Source: Thecamonas trahens ATCC 50062 (taxonomy: Eukaryota; Protista; Apusomonadida). From it: DNA of 64,000 nucleotides. A program made the position numbers and the translations under genes. The notes under the pieces were generated by a model. It saw only the letters and a program-made list of their open reading frames with translations. It was not told where the DNA came from and ran no database searches. The DNA lies in NCBI RefSeq assembly GCF_000142905.1, contig NW_013657631.1:1-64000 (forward strand), written 5' to 3'. Below are positions 56,101 to 64,000 of this stretch, piece after piece. Positions within the stretch are counted from its first letter, which is position 1, and each line of letters opens with the position of its first letter.

Positions 56101-59100
56101 GCTGACGATCCGTCATACTCGTCCTCGGTACCGTACTCGGACGAGACCCGTCGCTTCGATGCCCTCACAGACATGTCGCGAACCGTCGGCTGTGTCACCC
56201 CAATGACAGGCCCTGAGACAGGCGCCTCACCAAAGTCAAGCATCAGTCCGGGCACTGCCCCATCGGCGTCTCCTTGTCGGCTCACCTTGAGCGAGCCGCC
56301 GCCAAGCGGAGCCATCGTCTTGACCACCGCGTCACGGCCCACCACAGCCCGCGCGTCGACCGTGAGGTCCGCAGTCAACTTGAGGCCCGGAATGCGGACA
56401 CTGCCAAGGCCAAAGCCGCCACCACCACCACCATCACCGCTCCTGCTGCTGATGCTGCTACTGCACACACTGCTGCTACTCACGCTTCCGCCGGCGCCCT
56501 CGCTGCTGCTCTCACCGTACTCGGAAAGCGCAGAGCTCGAGTCTCGCGACACGCACCGGTCCTCCAGCTCCGACGAGTTGGCGTCTTCCCAGAGCGACGG
56601 CGTGAGCGACGGCGAGACCGAGGTGGTCACTGAACCCGATGACGACGAGGTAAACGAGTAAGATCCGCCCGACGGAGATGGCACAGCGAGCGACGACGTC
56701 GACCGTGACTCCGACGACAGCGCCTCCTCCTGCTCAACGAGGCCCGGCGCGTGGTGCGAGCGCGGCGCTGACTTTTTCGGGTCTTCTACGCCGACCACCG
56801 CGCCACCCACATCGTCGTCGAGCACCACGTCGAGGTTGCGGTCAGACTTCTGCGCGTTGACATCCAGCACAATGTCCGACCCGCGGACGTCCTGCCCATC
56901 GAGCGTCAGGTTTGAAGCCAGAAACAGTCCCGGGATGACAATCTGCCGCGCCTCCTCGGACGCGACCGAGAGCGAGCCCGAGTAGCTTTGGCTCGAGTAC
57001 GAGCCCGATCCGCTGGGCGAGCTCGTCCGGCGCCGCGCCGACGACGATGAGGACGATGATGCTACAGCCGACCGCCGCGAGCTCCGTCGGGAAGACGCCC
57101 GCGAGCTCCGCCGCGAGCTCCGCCGCGAGCTCCGCCGCGAGCCACGCGGCCGCGGTGCAAGCTGCGACCCGCCACAAGAGCTGCATGACGACGACGCCCT
57201 TCTCGACGACATCGACCGCGAGCTGCTAGAGCCAGAGCCGTAGTCATCGCTACTATCGCTGCCGCCGCCACTGCAGTCCCCGCTGCAGCCCGAGCCCGAG
57301 CTCATGCCGGACGACGCGCCCGAGCGCGAGGTGCGGGCATCCAGGCGTGCCGGCCCACCGACCCATGCCACAGCGGGATGATATCGCTCACCGTCGTTGT
57401 TGATGTCCTCGTCGTCCTCGCGGTTGTCCCACGACATCTGTGACGCCGTGCCAGACATCTGCAAAAAGCCACCCGGATCTCCGGCGGCCGACGATGAGCC
57501 GATGTTCTGCAGCGAGTGGCCAATAAGCCGCTCCGAGAGCGGGCCCTCACCCGGCCGTTGGTCTTCTCCCGCATCCGCTGCTTGATGTCAGCAACCTTTT
57601 GCTCCACGTCAATCTCACGGGCAAGAAAGTCGACCACCCGCAGCTGGTAGAACTTGCGGATGATGGCCTCGTTCTTGTGGAGCGCAAACATGCGCAGGAT
57701 GCGCAAGTGGCCCTTGCACAGTTCCATCGACATTGTGTCGACCTCGGAAGAGTGGTAGAGCTTGACAAACTGCGTGTAGTGAAGCGTGACGTAGCCGTCG
57801 ACCCACATCGGGTCGTGGAGCTGCGGCAAGCCGGGAATCCGGAAGAAAGCCTCAAGAAGACCAAGCATCGCCTTGAGCAGCGGTGCGCGCTTGGGCTGTT
57901 GCGCAGAGTCAAAGGTGTTGAAGACCTTGACAGCAATACCGCGCGTTGGGTGGAGGAGGAAGAGCATCGGGAGGATAAACGAGTTGAGCATGTCCGCCAT
58001 CGACGCCCACGACTCCTCCCCGAGTGACGACGCCCCTGCCGTGGCGCCCCCGCCGCCAACCGGGTATACTCCGACTGCATTCTCACTATGGCTCGACGTT
58101 CCGACCGCCGCCGCCGAGAGAGAGCTTGACATCCCGCGCCTGCTCGGGCTCAGTGCCGCGCCTGTCGACACAGCGCCAGCAGATGTCACCCGCGTCAGTG
58201 GCGAGCCAGAGCCGGAGAGCGTACTCGACGAGCCGCCGTCTTTGATGCCTGGCTCCACAATGGCCGCCACCCCAGTCTTGCTACTGCCACCGCCGCGAGC
58301 CTGGGACTGGCCGCCCACCCGGGCGGTCGAGTCTGCCGATGCGCCCGGTGTGGCCGACGTCACTGACGCGTCGTCGTCGGCCGACTTGCGAACGCGCGCG
58401 AGCTTGACGCTCCTCTCCACGCGGTCGCGGAGCCGGTACATATGAGTCTCGATGACAGAGAGGATGACCGCAAAGTAGTCGACGGCCGCGCACTGGTACG
58501 AAACAAGCTTGGCCGGCGAAAACCGCTCGACCCCCGAGCCGACAACGCCCTCAGACTCGTGCACGGTGGCAAACGCGTTCTCAATCTCCGGGTCAATGAG
58601 CAGCCGACCGGCAAACGAGCGAAAGTACATCCAGTTGTCCCACTCGTCGCGCCGGCGGACCAGAATGTTGAGCAGCATCGAGTTGAGCGGGAGGTGGGTG
58701 TTGCGCGAGCCAATCTCGCCAAAGACAGCAAGGAGAGCAGTCATGGCCGGCGCCACAAAGATGCGGTCCGGAACCAGCTTGCCGAACGAGAACAGGTAGT
58801 TCTTGATGTCGAGGAGAACGTCCAGAGCAACGTCGACAACTTGCGGAACCATGACCCGCGTCCGGCAAGCCTGCATGTACATGTGCAGCATGCGAAGCTG
58901 AAGCTCGATGGCCTCCAACCGCGCCGTCGTCGCCATCCAGCCAGACCGCGACTGGTCGGCGAGGGTGCGGAGCTGGGCTGTCACTCGCCACACGAAGCGG
59001 TCGAGCTTGCGCCGCGACCGCGACTTGGCGGGCAGCGACAGCGTCGCAAACGCAGTCGGCCAGAGGACCCGGTGCTCGTACTCGACGTAGACTGAGTGCG

Positions 59101-62094
59101 GGCGGAGGACTCGCAGGAGGAGGTCGAGCATATGAGTGTCCTTGTGGAGGACCGGGAGCGAGACATGTCGCAGCACGTCCATGTACAGCACGTTCACCGC
59201 ACGCGTCCACCTCACCGCCAGCGGCTGTGCCGCCAGAACGGCCTCGATGATCTGCAGAATGACGATGCGGAGCTGGTGAAGCGGGTGGCCCACCAGCTGG
59301 GCCAGGTGCACATCGCGCTGCTCCACACCAGGCATGTTGAACGTCCGCACCCGATCCGCCACCTGCATGTTGCGGACCCGCTCTCGCTTGTGCGCAATGA
59401 GGCCCGAGAGGTCGGCGGTCATAAACGACTGGCCGAGGTTGTGCGCGAGGAGAGTGAGCTCGGTCATAGCAGAGATCTTGGTGTCAAAGCCGAGGTCCTC
59501 AGTGTCGTGTGCTCTCCGCGTCGACGGCGGCCCGAGTGAGAGCATCGCCGACACGTCCCCGGACATCACTGTCGACTCATACATCTGAGCGTCCGAGCCC
59601 GAGACGGGCAGGCCCGAGCCCGACGTCGCCTCGGCCAGCCCTCCTTGCGAGGCGCTACTCGCCCCAGTCTCGTTGACCGCCTGCTGGCTGACCGAGGCCA
59701 TGACAAGCGCCGGAAGTCGCTGCTTGGGCGTCTTGGGTTTGCGCTGATGCGGCGAGCGCGGCCGGCTGGGTGTGCCCTGCTTCGGCGTCGTCGTGAGAAA
59801 CGAGATCGGAAGCGCCGGCACAATTTCGGGCGCTTGATGCATGTCGCCGAGTGACGAGCCCGACTCGGAGAGCCCGCCAGAGGCCGGTGGGCGTGGATGG
59901 GGCGAGCGCCGGCCTGAAGGGAGCTGCAGCGGCGACTGACGGGACGAGGTGGGTAGGTCGTCGCCACCGGGGCCAGTGAGGCCAAATCCGCGCATCGACG
60001 GCAGTCGAAAGTCGCCCGACACCGACTCGGTCCACATCGTCCTCACTGTACCGAGCTCAATTTCCGAACCAGGATCGGAAATTCCGTCGTGCCCGCCGGG
60101 CCCAGGGCCGCCCGGGCCGAGATGGCGCCGCGTCACAAGCATGCGCTCCGAGCTCATACCGTGCATGAGGGTGCCGACCTCGGCATAGATCCGGATGAGC
60201 ATGCGAAGGTTGGTTGGCGAGGTAAAGAGCTTGAGAAATGACGGCTGGCGATCGACCATCATCTTGACAAAGCGAAAGAGGCCGAGACACGACTCGGGCT
60301 GGTAGTGAAAGACCGCGCGCTCAAAGACGTCCAGCAGTTGGACCATGAGGAGCATCGATGACGAGACAATGGTGCGGAGGTGAAGAAATACCGTTTGCGA
60401 GACGCCACGGGTGCACATGACGTCCACAAGGATGTTGATGATGCCCGAGTCGGCAAACATGGCGTGGATGTCCGGCAGTGACCAGTCGGTTACCTCGCGC
60501 ACAATGTTGCCGAGCAATGTGAGCCCCATAGTGATCTTGGCCAGCGCGGGTGCCTCCAACAGCGAGCAGCAGTGCTCGAGTCGGTTGGAGATCGTCCGCG
60601 ACTCTTCACCATCGGGCCCGACGCTCTGTGAGCCGCCCGCTGACAGTCCCATAGTCTCGGACAGGACGTCCAGTCGCAAGCTTGGTCGTCGCGAATAGCT
60701 TCGTTTGGGCCGCGTGGCGTCTCGCCGGGCGCGGCTGGCGCTGTCAGCAGCCGCGCCGGTGGCAAGAGCTCATGGATTGAGCCGCCCGAGTTCGGTCGCG
60801 AGGTGCGGACTGAAGGAGGCGGCGAGAGCCGGCTGCCCTGGACGCTGGCGGAAGAAGGCTTCGGGTCAACTCGGCGCTTCTTGCGCCACTCCCAAAACCG
60901 CAGCCGCGATCGCTTCGGCTCGGTCGGCGTCGTGGTGCTCGATGACGGCGGGGAGCCTCGCCCTGCCAGTGGCGACCCTGCTGGCGCCGAAAGGTACCGC
61001 GAGCTCGGCGCTCGGTGTGGCGCCAACCCAGCGCCAAAGTCTGCCGACTGATTGCTGGTGAGATTCCCCGACTGCACGCTACCCTGGGAGGGGGTGGCTG
61101 CCATGCCGTTGGAGGCCCAGAGCTTGGATATGACGTCAACGTTGCCGCGCGGAGGAATGTGCCGGTTGGACCCGCTCCCACCTGCCGGGGTAAGCGAGCT
61201 ACCACCAGCCAGTGATCCCGTCGATGGGCCGCACGACAGCTGCTCGCCAGCCGAGCCCGAAGTGGCACCGGCCGGCCCGCCGCCGCCGCCGCCACCGCCA
61301 CCGGTAGCCGAGGCCGACGAGTGGAGCGGGCCTACGCCCGAGACGCCCGACTCGTGGATGGCCCCACTCGGGTGAGCCACCGAGGTGTGGATACCCGAGA
61401 TGGAGGCATACTGGGCCTCGCCATCGGTCACAAGCATGTAGTCGGATCGAAAGAGGCGAACGGCCTGTGCGAGGGTGGAGAAGTTGGCGTGCGACGGTGT
61501 CGCGTCTTTGGTGACAATGACAAATGCACCGATCTTCCAGTCGAAGCGGATGCGCATGGTGACAATGGCGTTACCTGCAGGAGTGCGCGGATCCCGCGCA
61601 TGGAAAAGAATGAGCGACTTGAAGATGGAGATGACGTAGGCGTCTTCGGTGAGAGCAGCAAGAACGTCGGACCTCCGGGCCACCAGCGACTTGCGGAAGT
61701 GAGGATCTTGCATGAGCTCCGAGAGGAAAGATTGAAAGCATGGCATGTACTCTTGCTGTAGAATGCGCAGCTCAGATGCGACTTCTTCCGTAGCTTGGCA
61801 CACAATCATGCCTTCAAACGAGGCAATGGTCAGCTTGAGCTGGAGCGCCTTCCAGAACATCGAGTCACGGAACTTGTAGGCGAGGAAGACTTCGCCACGT
61901 TTGGACGATAATGCCAGCGGAGGGACACACAGGAGCGCAGCACCGAATGGTCTTGACATGAGCACCTTTCTGGCTGCTGTTCTTGAGAGGAACCATAGTT
62001 GTACCGAAGACGTCGAAGGCTCTCCCGGCCGCGAGTTGGGTCCCACGAGCGTACCAATGACCACTCGTGAGCCCCAATTGAGAGAGTTAGACAT
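53107..62094 (-). CDS. ~3000-aa protein: helical/ARM-like N-region, Ser-rich linker, Ser/Thr kinase, DSP-fold pseudophosphatase, Cys-rich Zn-like domain (frameshifts near 60700, 57555, 54400)
   Basis: Four consecutive overlapping minus-strand ORFs. Kinase: GAGAFG, AAK, HYDIKCDN, DFG, SPE, DVWSIG. DSP: LYVAS..LGVTHVVNC..FVDSAL..LMGYLM..AFVLVREAR. C-terminal YQCLCGG...CRTCG. Confidence 0.78.
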
Positions 62095-62702
62095 ACCGGC
62101 CCCGCCTCTTTCCTCTCCTCACCAGTTACGTTATGTCAGTGGAGGGTGAGGGGGGGGGGGGGGTGGAGGGGAAGAGGGTGGAGTGGTTCGCCTTGTGCGT
62201 GGGTAGGTGGGTGGCCGTGGTGGCTGGCCGTCTGACAGCATTGGCGTTTGCTGACGCTTGCTCATCAATAGCTGGGGAACAATAATTGATATGCGTGGGT
62301 TTCGGGGGGGGGGGGGGGGAGGGGCGTTATGGGAAAATATTTATATCGGTTGGGAGAGGGAGCAAGTGGGAGCGAGGGAGGATTGGAGGGCGAGAAGATG
62401 GAGAGCAGAGGGAGTGGAGGCAAAAGAAGACGGATGGAATGTGTAGAATGGGTGTATGGTTGCATGGTGGGGTGAGGACATGCCCAGAGATGGGTTGGTC
62501 TGTCCCCAGGGTAAATATTTTTCAACTTTGCCGAGCCACCACCGACACTTGGGGTGGGTTTTTTTTTTGCTCGGTGGGAAGGGAAGGCTGACGGCGGCAC
62601 GCGCGGAGAGAGGACACGACCTCCGTTTGGGGCCATGACGGTGTGATGGGAGCATGGCGGGCACTTTGGAGCAAGACCCATCTACGCAAAGGCTAGGAGA
62701 AT

Positions 62703-63974
62703 ATGCTGGCTAGTTTGGGACAAAGAACTGCAGCTGTAGCTTCTGTGGTGGCGGTGTGTGTGATATGCCTTGCGTGCGGGCAGGGGACGACAGGCGCACT
62801 GCTGCCAACGGAGCAGCTCGAAGCAGCCTTTGCCGGCGATGGCTTTGCCATTGTGGGACGGAAGGAGTATGGGGGGTATCGCGGGCTGATGGGCGAGTCA
62901 AAGGAAGCTACTATTTTTCGGACGGGCAAGGGCAAGCCGATGCTGTATGTAGAGGGCAACGCGACGTCGTACGGTTGGCTCACGGGCTATCTCGCAAGAG
63001 AGAGTGTCGAGGCCATGGTCGGTCCGTTTCTGGAGCGCCTCCCGCTCGAGTTGGTGGCCAAGGACTATGTCATGAAGCACTGGAATGAGAGCCTGTTTGT
63101 CGAGCTGGAAAAGGTTGTCGATCACTTGCTCGGCTCGGTCTCGGTCAAGCTCTTTGACGACGCCATCGCCGCCGGCATCATTCCTCGTTCTCGGCTGGAA
63201 GAGATGGAGGGAGTGGTGGCGGGAGCGAGTGTTGCCGCCGCCGAGCGCGGGACGACGTCTCAAGTCAGCCTTGAGAAGCTCATTGCCATCAACTTTGGCT
63301 TTGATGTCATCACCGCTCGAGTGTTCTCGGGTCATTTTCTGGGCTCTGCCCTTCAGGAGCTCGCGCGCAAGCTGGGCCTCGTTCAGCTCTCCGACGACCG
63401 GTTTTACGAACGGCTGGATGCGGTAGGCGGGAGCACCAGCTCTCTTTTTGTCCCGCCAGCATTCTGCGATGCCATCGGGGTCCGCGGCCCGTGGACGGCG
63501 AGCACCGGAGAGGCGTACTTTGGACGGTCATACCAGATGGTGACGGGCAACACGCTGCAGGATGTGATCACGCTTGTTGTGTACGCGCCAGACGACGGTG
63601 GAGCGACCAAACCACTTGTCTCGGCGACAGCGCCGGGCATGGTCGGCTGTCTCGCCGGAATGAACGGCGACGGGGTGGCGATGGGGGTGGACACGATCCG
63701 GGCGCCCAATGCCAACCCCAAGCAGCCCGGGCTCAACTCGCTGCTGCTTCTTCGGTCGACGCTCGAGGTTGCTGGCGATCTGGATGAGTTGGTGTCGTAC
63801 GTGGTGGACGCGCGTCGCGGTGCACCGTTCCTCTACCCAGCGTGTGACGGGAGCGGCGACTGCGCGGTGCTCGAGGCTGGGGCTTGGCTCCCGGACGGTA
63901 CGCCCGAAGATCCGCTCCAGTATGTGGAGCGCAAGCTGCAAAAGGCTGGCCTTGTTCCAGACGCCGCGTTTTGA
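62703..63974 (+). CDS. Secreted Ntn-hydrolase (peptidase C45 / acid-ceramidase-like); may continue past a frameshift and the window edge
   Basis: Signal peptide, EEMEGV, candidate nucleophile F|CDAIG, FGRSYQ, PGMVGCLAGMNGDGVAMG. The stop follows a T4 run. Confidence 0.7.
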   Translation: MLASLGQRTAAVASVVAVCVICLACGQGTTGALLPTEQLEAAFAGDGFAIVGRKEYGGYRGLMGESKEATIFRTGKGKPMLYVEGNATSYGWLTGYLARESVEAMVGPFLERLPLELVAKDYVMKHWNESLFVELEKVVDHLLGSVSVKLFDDAIAAGIIPRSRLEEMEGVVAGASVAAAERGTTSQVSLEKLIAINFGFDVITARVFSGHFLGSALQELARKLGLVQLSDDRFYERLDAVGGSTSSLFVPPAFCDAIGVRGPWTASTGEAYFGRSYQMVTGNTLQDVITLVVYAPDDGGATKPLVSATAPGMVGCLAGMNGDGVAMGVDTIRAPNANPKQPGLNSLLLLRSTLEVAGDLDELVSYVVDARRGAPFLYPACDGSGDCAVLEAGAWLPDGTPEDPLQYVERKLQKAGLVPDAAF

Positions 63975-64000
63975 CGGCGCATCCAACGCCGCCAGGCGTC

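Noticed and set aside
4120-60710. Programmed ribosomal frameshifting or mass pseudogenisation
   Set aside because: The breaks are single-base indels, mostly in short homopolymers, in both directions, with no shared slippery motif, and they hit conserved genes (BLTP1, NUFIP1). Draft sequencing error is the simplest explanation.
1-64000. rRNA, tRNA, transposase or RT genes
   Set aside because: None recognised by eye; tRNAscan-SE, Infernal and RepeatModeler were not run.

Overview
GC-rich, gene-dense, intron-poor draft sequence from a unicellular eukaryote, with seven N gaps. The gene style resembles an apusomonad such as Thecamonas, but that is inference only. Many long genes are split by 1-nt indels in short homopolymers, most likely sequencing error. 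From left to right: (1) a degenerate region holding an NLR-like STAND gene (possible TIR remnant, NB-ARC, and at least 12 near-identical 171-bp WD40 units with hypervariable, shuffled surface residues) plus a decayed kinase paralog; (2) a CYP4-clan P450; (3) a secreted beta-rich protein; (4) NDUFAF5; (5) a 7-TM protein with gustatory-receptor-like/7TMIC topology; (6) a BACK/SPRY protein; (7) MMADHC; (8) a coiled-coil protein; (9) a 2xPBP-TM-kinase-degenerate cyclase-pseudokinase receptor; (10) a ~13-kb BLTP1/Csf1 gene; (11) a CID-domain SCAF4/8-like gene; (12) a membrane-anchored EF-hand protein; (13) ALG12; (14) NUFIP1/Rsa1; (15) a ~3000-aa kinase-pseudophosphatase-Zn-domain fusion; (16) a C45/Ntn hydrolase. 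The strongest candidate for an undescribed system is the WD40 NLR, which looks like a diversifying non-self-recognition receptor similar to fungal HNWD genes. All calls rest on motif reading by eye; no searches were run.
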